Positions 32,969-45,065 of a stretch of 64,000 nt of DNA are shown in pieces (positions within the stretch are counted from its first letter, which is position 1; every line of letters starts with the position of its first letter). The notes below the pieces were generated by a model, which worked only from the letters and a program-made list of their open reading frames with translations, was not told the DNA's origin and made no database searches. Location of the stretch: positions 8,114 through 72,113 of the forward strand of contig JAADVB010000076.1 in NCBI GenBank assembly GCA_023334545.1. The letters run 5' to 3'. The position numbers were made by a program, and so were the translations under genes. The DNA comes from Salisapilia sapeloensis CBS 127946. Taxonomy: Eukaryota; Protista; Oomycota.

Positions 32969-34815
32969 CTACTTGGTCGCAGATTTCTCCTCCTCCAAGG
33001 CACTTTGAGCACCAGCAGCGATGCGTTTTTCCGTCATCTTGACCCAAGCTTGCTGACGCCTGCTGTCGTCCAGAATTACCTTGCGATCCGCGTCGGCAAT
33101 GTCCAAGTGACCCGATTCTGCAATCAGCTTGTCCCACTCACCATCGTCATTGAAGTCCATGCTGTCCGAGCGACCATTAAAACTCTGGCCGCTCACCGAC
33201 GAGCCAGGCGTGGCGAGGTTTACGAAGCTACCCAGTGGCGTCGACGCCACCGAGCTCAGCGACATCCTGGGCAGGTCGATAAATTCTCCTTCGCACAAGC
33301 TACGATCGGGTATACTATCCGAGTCCTCATTGGTTGGCCGAATATGCGTTGGGTAGACGAGTGTTGTTCCTTCACGGTTCTCATACCTGCCCGCCATCAC
33401 CTCTTGCCTCGCCACCCGAAACGTGCTTTCCTGGGTAACACGGGTCATGCACCGACGACACATCTTGATCTGCTTTCGCACAAGTCTTAGCCGAGGCACA
33501 ACGTCAAAGCTCCGGCGGCTGATACCGCAGTTCGAGCACAGGGCGACACGGCACAAGTGGCACGAGTAGCGCTTTCGAAGAGGATTAAATCGCCTATTAC
33601 ATCCGGTGCACATGGTTGCGCGACGAACGTCCTCTAACACGATCGAGTTGTTGAACTCGTACTCGCGCTGCGACTGCACTAACCACGAGATCTTCTTGTG
33701 ATATGCGATTTCCAAAGCAGCGTGACTTGTCATGAGCCCATTCGCAGTCACTAGTCATTTCAAAAGTTATGGATCAGCGACAAGAAAAGTTGAAACGAAA
33801 AGATAATACCTTTAGCGCCGACCGAGTCCATCACGCGTCCAAAGAGCTCAAAATATCCCTTGATGTACACGTCCACCATGCCGCCTGAAGTCTCTCTGAA
33901 GATCATTGACTGTGAGAGTCGAGCCCGGACAATGCCAGAAACACCCAGCTGGGAAGGCGCATCCGGTAAGTCTAGGCTGTGGTACAAGTGGTACCCGATG
34001 CGCTCGTTCTCGCTCCTCTTAATAATGCCAGTGGCGACGATGATCGTAAGGTCTCGTGGCTTGACCATGCCACGAAGAGGAGCAGGTAGTATCATCTCGT
34101 TAACCGTCATCTGCAAGGTGAGGCTGCGGTACGGTTGATCCGGTGTGGGCTTTTCGATCGTCGCAAGAAGCTGCCCATCCACTGCGCGAACCGACGCAAA
34201 AGCCGAACACTGCATCAGCTGTGCCTCATCAGGAGCCATCGTTCCGTACATGACATCATCGAGCGTGCCTGGGACCTTTCCCGTGCCCACAAGCAATCGA
34301 GGCGCATGCCAATCGGTATCGCTACTGTCGCTACCTGAGGTGCTTTTCGAGCCGCGCGACCCGGCACTGTTGGAAACCTTGCCAGCCGCTGAATTCGTGC
34401 GCTCCGTGTAGATAGTGAGTGCATCTCGGGTGCAGACGGGTTTCCAATGCCTGCGGTCTAAGGCGCGTGGGATGGAACGGTCGAACTAATGTCAAAAGTA
34501 GAAGCGCATTAGCGCATCGGTATGTGAATTGAAGGAAAAGGTCAGTCAGTGATCCAAAAAGAGGCTTTTGTTTCCGATGCCTTGCTCAGATTCATGCATT
34601 GAACTATAACGTCGCGTCTGACAAGGTGGCCATGCATGTAACCAAGAGACAGCTTTTGGACAGGTGCATAAAAGAAGGATGTATCAATGTACCTCATCAT
34701 AGTCGACAAGTGTGTCCTGAACGAGTCCGAGCGCGATGCGTTTGACGTCGACCTTTTGCTCCTCCGTGAGTTCAATCGGGTCGAACGTGTTAGCCTTGTA
34801 GTGATCGACTGTCAT
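32969..34815 (-). CDS. Oomycete START-like plus FYVE-like zinc finger protein (3 exons)
   Basis: Exons 34815-34693, 34485-33810 and 33750-32969. 'LDRRHWKPVCTRDALTIYTER', 'LVGTGKVPGTLDDVMYG', 'VKPRDLTIIVATG' and 'GYHLYHSLDLP' are START-like; 'CTGCNRRF...SCHLCRVALCSNC...MCRRC' is FYVE-like. Confidence 0.85.
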
Positions 34816-36824
34816 CGCGTTTGCTTCGAGTAGAAGTTTGTGGACTGTACGGATTTGTTGCTTTCCAACCAAAGAAAACGAGCTTCCAATAGGCAGAGCT
34901 TCGTCGTTGTCAAATTGAGCTGGCTTGGCGTAGTGATGGGCGTCATACAGGACTATGGCATCTCTTGCTTTCCAGCTTTAAGAACTAGCCGAATACGCAG
35001 CAGTGCTTGAGTGGGTATGTGCAGGGTCATCCCAATGTACCCTCCATTGCTGATACCTTGTCTACTGAAGGTTATCATTCGATAAAAGTACCTGTACAGG
35101 CACAAAGGCTACTGTCGGTGCAAAGCGGCATGTTTCTGTACATGTTTATCAGTCGATCCACCACCTGTCTCATCAGCGGAGTAACCGGCAATTGCGCGTG
35201 CCTGACCAAACTTCCGACATGTTGCGTACAAATTAGAGAATAGCGAGGTCTTATTGATATATTACTCCACCAAGTTCATAGCGCGTAAGGGTCGAAGAGG
35301 GCGTACAAAAAGGTACTAGCGCCAGGTTACCGGTAGTTTGGATATTTCCGATTCGCATGAAATCAGAAAGTAGCTTAATTGCTCACAGCCCATGCAAGTT
35401 CACTGCTAGCAGGAGGATCGTCATCGCATTTCAAAGCGTATATTAGTGCATAGAACTCGTTGCTACAGATATGAAAGCCAGAATTTCGCACATTCATGGT
35501 GCCTTCCGTGATTTGGAGTGTACCGAATGTACCGTACGCGTATCATAAAGCGACTTAGGCATGTAAGAAGGATAAAGCCATCAAGAACAGGACAGCAAGT
35601 GGGAGTGAAGTAGCGCATGTCAGCCTGCACAACGCAATGCTCCGTGTGTTTGTGCTGAAAATCTACAGACATAGCCTGCTATCACAGAAGGATGAGCAAT
35701 TATATTCGCTTTCTAATTACAGCTTTTGCTACTACAACTGTTTGATGCTATGGGTGAAACATCAAAGGTACGCTCTATTTGGACAACCATCGATGTGTCG
35801 AGCAGCTTTGCAACCAGCTTTTGGCCAAGCGGCGGAACTCTCCTCAGGACCATGTGATAATCCATCAACGTTCGAGTGTCGACACGAAAAGCAAGTTTGC
35901 CTTCGAAACACGCGTCAGAGCTGACAATGGATATTGATCTGTACTCTGCTTTATCGTTCACCTCGTGCGGATATAGTGCGCTTGATCTATGAGCTACATG
36001 CGCTATTCTTGAAGTTGTGTACGCATTCACACCGTGGCGATAGTTTTGCTTTCTGACTGAAGCTTTCCCGGATAGTCACACTTTGTCGACTACTCGTCAT
36101 ATCTAGGCATACCATCTCAAGCACACTCGAAAGATACGAAGTCTCATCTATTCATCGAAAATTCATACGGATCTAGTGCAGTACAGAAAATCTAGACGAT
36201 CGAGCGTTTAAATACTGCCGAGTCGCACATGTCTGACAATGTCTCTCAAATACAAATCCATTTGTCCTATTCATCGAATGGCACGATTGCTAGAAACTTG
36301 AGCCCTGCTAGAGATACCTCTTTTGTCGCCCGTCGGACTATTGAGTCGCGATGAGTTACTCCGAATGACTGGTAACCATACAAATGCAGAGAAAATATCA
36401 TTACAACACTGATACGACGTATATCTTTGATGGATTCCTATCAGCATCCCTGCTGTCGAAAATTTGCGCCTTGACATGACTCCGAGATTCGTCCATATCC
36501 ATTGCTTTTCACACAGAGCTGTCATGAGGATGTGTGTCCTGTAGAGAAGACTCTGGAACATTTGTACGCACCTGACCTATAGTACACCCCACTAGATACT
36601 ATTTCGAATACCAAAACCTCCACTCGATTAATCTACCTTCGTTTGCTTAAAAAGATGAGACATTCGCACTTGCATGCACAAAGAGGGTTTCACCTTCACT
36701 TTTGATGCTGTAAAGGTACTTTCATACGGTCATCCAATCCGCTTAATCTATCCGTACCGCATCTGTACCAGTTTGCGAGTGGCTGTCGCGATCGGAAGAA
36801 TCGCCCCGTCCGCCGTTGGTTGTC

Positions 36825-37820
36825 ATGCCCCAAGGATCGATGACAGGAGATGAACGACGTTTCGCACCGACTGCAGCGTCCATTGCCACTCCAATAGGCA
36901 CCCGAAGCTTCGTGTCGGGTGCGGCGGCGGGCGTCGTGGCCGACAGCGTCCTCCATCCGCTCGACACGATCAATTTGCGTATCAAAGTGCACAATCACGC
37001 GCACAGTACCAAGTACGCTGGCTTACTCCGCTCCATTCGCACGATCCTCAAAGAGGAAGGCGTGCGAGGATACTATGCAGGCTTCGGAACGACCCTCCTG
37101 TCGTCTCCGATCTGCGCCGCAGCCTACTTCGGGACGTACGAGACGCTCAAGTCAGTTGCGAGCAATCACCTAGAGGCAACGAAGCCGTCCAAGACGCAGG
37201 CTTCCATGGTGTACTTTGCGTCTGGAGCATGCAGTGAGCTCGTGATCTCGGCCGTGACGGTCCCGACGGAAGTCATCAAGTCTCGACTGCAATTAGGACG
37301 CAACCCACGCATGGCTTCCGGTGGTGCGGTGCAGTACAATAAGAATTATAGAAACACTCTCAATGCGTTGAGGACGATCGTGAGGGCGGAGGGGCTGAGG
37401 GGTTTGTACTCTGGCTATACAGCGTGCATCAGTGTCGATACGCTCTACTCGGCGTGCTCCTTCCTCGCCTACGAGACGATGAAGCGAGAGTATCTTGCTG
37501 TGGCCGAGAAAGATCGTCTGGGGACGGTGGATTCTCTCGGTATTGGAGCTTTGGCAGGTGGGTGCGCAGCCTTTGTGTCCAATCCGCTAGACGTTGTGAC
37601 GGTGCGACTGATGACGCAGGGGCATCGACGCGTCTACAATGGACTGCAGGACTGTATGAAGGCGACGGTCAAGAGAGAGGGCGTGAGGGGCTTGTGGAAA
37701 GGAGGCATGTGCCGCATGATCCACGTCATGCCTTCCACGGGCATCTCGTTCGGGGTGTACGAGACGATCAAGAGATGGCTCTATGACGGAGATCTTCCTG
37801 AATTTGATCTAGACGCATGA
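36825..37820 (+). CDS. Mitochondrial carrier family (SLC25) protein, SAM-carrier-like
   Basis: Three Px[DE]xx[KR]-type signatures (HPLDTINLR, VPTEVIKSR, NPLDVVTVR) and GVRGYYAG / GLRGLYSG / GVRGLWKG repeats. Substrate uncertain. Confidence 0.93.
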   Translation: MPQGSMTGDERRFAPTAASIATPIGTRSFVSGAAAGVVADSVLHPLDTINLRIKVHNHAHSTKYAGLLRSIRTILKEEGVRGYYAGFGTTLLSSPICAAAYFGTYETLKSVASNHLEATKPSKTQASMVYFASGACSELVISAVTVPTEVIKSRLQLGRNPRMASGGAVQYNKNYRNTLNALRTIVRAEGLRGLYSGYTACISVDTLYSACSFLAYETMKREYLAVAEKDRLGTVDSLGIGALAGGCAAFVSNPLDVVTVRLMTQGHRRVYNGLQDCMKATVKREGVRGLWKGGMCRMIHVMPSTGISFGVYETIKRWLYDGDLPEFDLDA

Positions 37821-39026
37821 CGTGCCAATGTCCTCTGTTTAAAATACAATGTCTTTGCTCCAGTGGCATTTACGCCTGGAGTTATTATAGTTCGTGAGGT
37901 TTTGTTCATACAAGTAGTTTTCCAAGGGAGTTTGCATTGGTATGTAGCGTAAAAATTCCATTACAGACCGGCGAGTTACTTGGTCGAATGACATTCAGGT
38001 AGGAAGTAAGTGCGTTGAAAGATATGTACGATACAAAGTGAAGATGCGATAGCACGATGAGGAGGGATATGTAGAGGCAACGTGAGCTTACTTTGCAGAG
38101 TGAGATATGAAAAAGATGCAGCACATACGAGGCATGCTGTGAACCATCTTCAAATTGTCCTTGTTGATCCTTTATGTCAAAAACTATGATTTTGTGGCTA
38201 GCGTCGAACAGAAGCTGTCCTCTCTTTTAGTGCTTACAGAGAAGGTAATGCAAGCTTCTTGCTACTTTGTTATCTCTTCATCTAATAAAAGTAAGAGATA
38301 AGCTGGTTGCTTTAGTGTCGTTGCGAATAACATATAAAACAAATATTTAATTATGTTGATAGAAACAAAGATAAACCTTCAGACCGTCATTATCGTCGTA
38401 GAAACTTGTTGGGAGCCTTGAGATGTCGACTCAAGGCTTTCTGATGCAATCTTACCATTAATTTGCTATATGAAAGCAAACAAGAACTGCATTTGTTGTT
38501 TACGAAAGGCTTTTTGCTGACGCTTTCAGCTATATAGAGTCGCCGCAACATTTGGTAAATGAAGTACTCCATTTATAGACTTCTGCTTCGTTATCCATCC
38601 TTTGTTTCAAATCCATTTCGCCAAAGCAACCTGTTCGTTTAATAATGCAACGGATGCGCACGTAATTTGTCCCATCATACAGTACGCTGGTAGCCTGGAC
38701 ACATTCGACTCTCTACACGATTCCTAGCACAACTTCATGTAGGCAATAGGAATCCTGCAACCATGTTGCTAGGATTTTTCTCTTGAAATCAATAATTGGC
38801 TTTAGTTTTGCTAGAGCTACGTCTTCCTGATGATGCTTATTGCTATTTGAGTTGGACACTACTTGTAGTTTTGGAGCAAAGTCAAGCATAATTAATACCT
38901 CATGAGCTGTGCAACTTTAATGGGTAGTTGCCGGTATATGCCATGAACTACTGCCAACGACTTGACCAGCACTACGTACTAATACAAGACCGAACCACTT
39001 GTGGATATATATATTAATTTCGTTTG

Positions 39027-40682
39027 TTACTCATTCATCCGATGGGCATGCAGCCATGACACCAAATCCCATTTCGATCGTATAGAAATCCAGTCAAGGT
39101 CATCTAGGCGGAACATTTCCGTGCCTCTTCCTCGGAGGATATAGTCCACCAGCTCAATATGTCCATTCGACGCCGCTTGAATCACACCACGAATCGAACA
39201 AGTTCCCTTACTAGCAAGAGACCGATGCTCTAGCCACTGGAGGACTCTCAAATGCCCATTCCACGCAGCTTCATCCATCGCCAGAGTGCTGCATTCTTCT
39301 CCATTCTGATAGAGCCATTCGACAACGGGCATGTGGCCTCCACAAGCCGCCGCCGCCATCGCCTCCTCGGACGTATATCCTTCCCGACGATGTGCACGGA
39401 GGAACTCGATCACATCCAAGTGGCCATTGCTGATGGCACCATCCATAGCCAACTTCGAGCAACCTTCAGTTCGATAATAGTGCAAGTATTGGACGACATC
39501 CAAATGACCATTCCGAGCGCTGTCATCAAGAGCACGAATGGATCCTCCTTCATGTCTGTTTTCAGCCAGCCAGCGCACCATACTAAAATGTCCGGCAGCA
39601 GCACTACCATCGAATGCATCGATCGTCGCCCCAGCAGCAGTATTGGCATGTAGCCACTTGACAGTCTCCAAGTGGTTGTTCCGAGATGCCCAATCCATCG
39701 CATGCGTCGTACAACCTTCCGACCGGTTTGCATGCATCCACTTTACGATCGATAGTCGACCGCATTCTGCCGCCCAGTCTATCGCTCTGTGAGAACAAGG
39801 AGCGTTCATCGCTTCATGGAGCCAGATGACTACATCCAAATGGTTGTTTCGACAAGCCCAGTCCATAGCAGCAGGAGTGCACTCGACCAAAGGGTAGTGC
39901 AGAGAAAGCCATTTGAGAACGCCTAGATGTCCGTTGCAAGCTGCTCTATCCAGAGCTGAGCTAGTGACACCACCGCCGCGATGTCTATACAGCCACCGTA
40001 ACAAGCCCAAGTTTCCACAAGATGCAGCACCGTCCATCGCCATGGTGGACGACGGAATGTCGCGTACATGCGTGTGCAGCCAAAAGACAACTACCAACTG
40101 ACCACCACAAGCTGCTCGGTCCAGTGTCCGAGGTGTACAGGGAGAAAGATCGTTGGACAAAAGCCACTGGACACACTTGATATGCCCTTTTTCAGCGACA
40201 ATGTCGATTGCATCCGACCTACATCTCTCTGTTCTATTTTGCAACAACCACTCTGCGGTTTCAAGATGGCCGTTGGATAGGGCCCAATCCATGGCAAAGG
40301 CTGCTGCTCCTGGAGGTACATGCGGATGTAGCCATGTGACAATGTCCAAGTGTCCTCTTTCAGCTGCACGCTCGAGGAGTTCACCTGGGAGCTCCCAGTT
40401 CGGGTGCAAAGTCTGAAGCCATTGCAGAATAGATAGCTGACCTAAAGATGCTGCTTGCTTGATGGCATTGTGCCAATCTCGATACGAGACGTACAAATTT
40501 GGATAGCACTGAAGTCGAGCTAGTAAATGACTTCGCTGATTGCGTACTGCATCGGAAATACTCAAAAGGTAGGAATGGTCGAGGAAGTCTTCGAGGAGAT
40601 CCACCAATTGACCACTACCGACGATTGCATCATGCGGGCGGATTACCACTTCGACAGATCGCAGAGCGACCTCCCTTGCCAT
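39027..40682 (-). CDS. Ankyrin-repeat protein of the oomycete-expanded family
   Basis: About a dozen 'AMDWA(A)xNGHLxVVxWLHxxRxEGCT'-type repeats in a single-exon 551-aa ORF. Confidence 0.92.
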   Translation of the reverse strand: MAREVALRSVEVVIRPHDAIVGSGQLVDLLEDFLDHSYLLSISDAVRNQRSHLLARLQCYPNLYVSYRDWHNAIKQAASLGQLSILQWLQTLHPNWELPGELLERAAERGHLDIVTWLHPHVPPGAAAFAMDWALSNGHLETAEWLLQNRTERCRSDAIDIVAEKGHIKCVQWLLSNDLSPCTPRTLDRAACGGQLVVVFWLHTHVRDIPSSTMAMDGAASCGNLGLLRWLYRHRGGGVTSSALDRAACNGHLGVLKWLSLHYPLVECTPAAMDWACRNNHLDVVIWLHEAMNAPCSHRAIDWAAECGRLSIVKWMHANRSEGCTTHAMDWASRNNHLETVKWLHANTAAGATIDAFDGSAAAGHFSMVRWLAENRHEGGSIRALDDSARNGHLDVVQYLHYYRTEGCSKLAMDGAISNGHLDVIEFLRAHRREGYTSEEAMAAAACGGHMPVVEWLYQNGEECSTLAMDEAAWNGHLRVLQWLEHRSLASKGTCSIRGVIQAASNGHIELVDYILRGRGTEMFRLDDLDWISIRSKWDLVSWLHAHRMNE

Positions 40683-41560
40683 GCCCTATCCACTTTATGT
40701 TCTCGACGAACGTTTTGTAGAACTTCCTGCGTATGCTGAAGTATTCCAAGACAAAGAAAAGAATTTAGGTTGTACAGATTCATTCGAGCTGTCAATTTTC
40801 TCTTCCACAAAGCTGGTATATGTCGTTCAGGCAGAGCCGTTCTGCAAGGTCAGAGTGGTTTACTACAAAAGCGTTATAATCTACAAAGAACTTATCATAG
40901 CGTTTGTCGGTCTGCTATTTTATCATCGGCTCGGCTAATGCAAGAAGAATCTTGTATCAGGAGGCTGAACTTCAGTTTCTGATTGAGACTACGAGTTTGG
41001 TGAATGCACATCGCTGAGGATTGTCCTTCTGAAGCAACGATCTGATTGTTGGAGATAAAATAGAGCTGAAGTTCACCATTAAGTGTCGTCCACACGAATA
41101 CGATGCAAGCGTAAATCCACGATGTAAAATGATTTATTTTCTTTGTCAATGTATATTTATATCTCCTCTTGAGCCGTTTATCTTTAAGAAGTTTGATGAC
41201 CGCAGGTTGTCACAATTTGGCTCTTAATCGATGTTTTAACAAGATGAAGTATGCCTACTATAAGTATGAGCAATTGAGTTGAAAGCCATTCCACCAATTG
41301 ACATCAAATACGATATCTGTAAGTGTGAAGTTGGCGGAAATAATTCCTTACATACGCGAAGACTTTTAGGACAGTCTACTACAAAATGCTGTTTAACTCT
41401 TAAGAATTGAACTCAAACAACCTACAAAAAGAATGTTGGGAGCAATTCCATCATCCGCCGGTGAAAAATAAGCCGAGTGCATCTCGAGTTTGAGGGGCAA
41501 ATTCAGAAAGCAGGTGTAACATAGCCTCTTCAACATAAAACAGCTGACTGCAAAAGGTTT

Positions 41561-41632
41561 TGCCCCCAGGCAGGATTGAACTACCGACCTTCCGCTTACT
41601 AAGCGGGTGCTCTACCACTGAGCTATAGGGGC
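41561..41632 (-). tRNA. trnT-AGT: tRNA-Thr (anticodon AGT)
   Basis: 72 nt: GCCCCTATAGCTCAGTGGTAGAGCACCCGCTTAGTAAGCGGAAGGTCGGTAGTTCAATCCTGCCTGGGGGCA. It has a 7-bp acceptor stem, D arm GCTC/GAGC, anticodon loop TT-AGT-AA, T-loop GTTCAAT and discriminator A. Confidence 0.95.
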
Positions 41633-42136
41633 TGATGGCTGTCACAATTTTATTGTAATTTAAATTAAACAACATGAATAGAAACAAAGTAACTACTTTA
41701 GATCACCTAGGACGGGCGTAGTGTGTTTGATCGTACCCATGCTGCTGCAAGTTTGAACGAAAATTGGTTACTAGTCACAAGACACAATTTGACACTCGGC
41801 TCTAATTGATTCAGATATCCTGAACTTTGATGAAAAGTACTAACTTAGGCATTAAACTGGATGAAGCTTCGTCTTTAGGTGATCATTGTTTTGCTTACTC
41901 GTTAAGGGAAGTCAAAGTTTGAAGACCACGCAGAAATTTGCTGTATACTGTACCCACGAATATAATCACCGGCCTGCAGAAATCTCAGACCGATTAGATA
42001 ATCAACATCCAATGTTTCCATAGGATGAAAATATAATAACCGGACGACCAAAACATCAATATTCAAGCCATGGACTTATAAAACGACTTTTAACAACTCT
42101 AATACCCCTTTAGATGATTAGTGCATGCTATTGAGT

Positions 42137-44814
42137 TCATGCAGTTTCAGAACACGGATGGTCTTCTTCTATGTTGGCGGGTAACTCTGCTTGAAACATG
42201 CAATGCTGACCGTCAGCGCAGTTGCATTCACGGCTTAGCGTATCTTCCAAAGTATACGAGAGCTCCAGACAATGCGAAGCATGACAGCGGTATGCACAGG
42301 CGATACAGACAGTATTCATCCCACAAGATCCGCACCGATAGAGGATGCGAAGACTGTCTGACTTTAGACTTTCGTGCTGCGGTAATGCAAGGCACATCTC
42401 AAACGCTTCATTGTGAAGTCAGAATGGTGAACGACAAAGCCCTATATAGTAGCGATACCTGGTGCTCCTCCAATCTTCCGTCGCTGATTCTCTTTCTTTG
42501 GGGCTATAAAGTTAAAAAAACAATAGTGAAACGTCCAGTCAACCTGTCTTTAAAACGACAGTTACCTCGATCTCCCCATACAAATGTTCGTCCTCTTCCT
42601 GCTTTGACTCCAACCAAGTGCAGGTCGTCCAGCTCTACCTATTTCGACGGTTAAGTGATGAGGTTGATTTCTACTCGTGGATAAAAGTATGAAGATCGTA
42701 CCTTCACTGGCAACAAAACGGTTGTGGTAGAAAAATCTGCATGAGGGATATTGTCATTCGCATGCACGCTCTTTCCCCATGCCCAAACTTCTTTTCGCTC
42801 CGATAGTGCGATGGAATGATGCTCACCGGCAAATATGTATTCGATCTTTTCCTTCCGAATCTCCGTAACTGATCGAGGCAGTAGACAATCCCAATTATCT
42901 CGGTGACCTAATGTCAAAGCCCGTCAAGGCTAACGAGAGTATACAGCGAACAACATGAAGCGATACATGTACCTAGTTGACCGTGCTTGTTACTTCCCCA
43001 CGACCATACACAGACACCTCCACCTTTATCCATTTCTATACAAATTGCATGGCAAATATAAGTTTACGAGCGCATAGAAACATAATGGTTGCTCATCGCA
43101 TGAATAAATGTACCTGACAAAGCCAGATTATGGGCACCTCCAGCACTTACTGTCAATACTTTCTATCGTATGAAATAAGGAATTCCGCATCGTACACAGT
43201 TACTGCAGGCATGATCACAAGTCGTCTTACCCTTCCTCGAAAAAAATCAATTCGAATTGGTCTCGCCATCGTTGTTTCGCTATTGTGGCCTAGTCGTCTA
43301 CAGAAATAACGTGATGACGATAGTAGATATTAGTGGACAACATTGTTATTCACCCATTCGAGCCGCAGCCCCATGAATACACTTGTCGATCAAAAAATGT
43401 AGCGCCGATAACCGCAATAGAATGATCATTTCCAGCTGTGATATGGATGACATGCAAGATATCTAGCCCTTGTACCTTTGTTGGCTCGGAGCAGTACTCG
43501 ACCGAGCCTATTACGATCGTAAGTCTGAATATACTATGTGATTGCACACGATGGTCTAGCCGCCGTACCTACGCCAAGTTGGCTATATCGATTGTCACCA
43601 AAAGCAAATAGTCCGTCATGCTCTGTCAATATGAGAGCATGCTGTCGTCCTGCACTTAGCTGCAGAACTCTTTTGTTGGAAAAGAAAGACAGGACCCTTG
43701 GTGACGGGCTACATTCGTTATGACCAAGTCCAAGAACTCCTCGGTCACCAAGTCCCCAGACATACACTATAGAATATAGGTGAGCACGAATAAATGCAAG
43801 ACAAAAAGTTGCTTACACAAATTATGCACACGTTTATCCCTCTCTTCCATTTTATATCTTTGCAGTAATTTGGATTTGACAGATAGTCTTCGACCTTGAA
43901 CAGATCTTGGTGCATTCGATGAAGACTCGGAAGGCGTTGTAGACACAATCGTGTTTGTTGGAACTAGGCAAAGCCATGTATCATATGTTAGCATGTCCAA
44001 ACCCATAAACTTGACATTGTACGTACCTACTAAAGCAAATGACGAGTATTCTGTAGCTGCGATAACAGTAACCTTTCCATCGACCAATCCTTCCACGTGA
44101 TGTGGCAATGACGATTCTTTTTCTATCGATTCGATCCCTAAAGCTCCATGAGTGTTGTCCCCACAAGCAAATACCTTGGACGATTCTATTGAAAGAGAGA
44201 GGATAAAGATAAGATGGAAAATAGCTATGCAGCAACACACCACTTAGCATCAGCGTATGATACTTTCCGGATGCCACCTATCGTCATTTGAATCACGAGA
44301 TGTACTTAGTACCACAAACAGCGACCATTGGTAAACTCATACGTCGATAAATTTGGCCTCTCGCTCGAAAGTAATTTCTGTACCACGCCGACGATAGAGC
44401 TTTACTTTTTCACTGATGATGGGCGTAACTTCTGGCTTCGCAAGCTCTCTTTCACTTTTATATAAAGCACCTCGCTCCGAGTTACCCCATCCATACTGTT
44501 GCCATCTATCTCTCGGGCCAGTAAATTCCACGTTTACATCTCCAATTCGCCACTCTTGCTTCCGATGAACGAGGCACTCTGTACAAAAGCATCCACTCTG
44601 GCCTGGAAAATGCCTACCCATCTACACGTGCGCAAGTTCGTTACAACGTACGATATGTGTGAAAAGCAGTACAGACATCTTTATCATCTTTCTTTTTCGA
44701 AGTAGTGTCCTCTCCTGACGCTGATACTTGGTGCTTTTCAATCACGTCTTGATCACGAAGTCGTCGTCGGAGAATCTTATCGAAAACATTAATGTCCGTA
44801 GTCGTGTCTCGCAT
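42137..44814 (-). CDS. Multi-exon RCC1-repeat protein with a C-terminal UBR-box-like zinc finger
   Basis: RCC1 repeats in successive short exons (VASGKYHTLML; VFACGDNTHGALG; VYVWGLGDRGVLGLG; LSAGRQHALIL; ITAGNDHSIAV; IFAGEHHSIAL). The last exon reads 'LYRCGSCGMNTVCIACAYRCHASH...RECNC'. The first three introns were resolved (44622-44676, 44278-44342, 44186-44240); later junctions are approximate. Confidence 0.72.
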
Positions 44815-45065
44815 TGCTGCAGGTATCAGCAGACAGAGCGGGGGTTTCAGCGTCTTTTGGGAATGCTTAACCTCAAGGTAGAAAAAGAGGTCCATGAGTA
44901 CGTGTGTGATAATAGCAAGAAACGCAGCCTTTGATATTCAAGTCCATGTACTTTAATTAAACTAGTGACTACTTCTGACGATGGAAAATATCAATGCGAA
45001 GTTGAATCGCTCAATTGATGACGTAACTACCTTGAAGATGCTGGGGTGTTGGATACAGGTCATCC

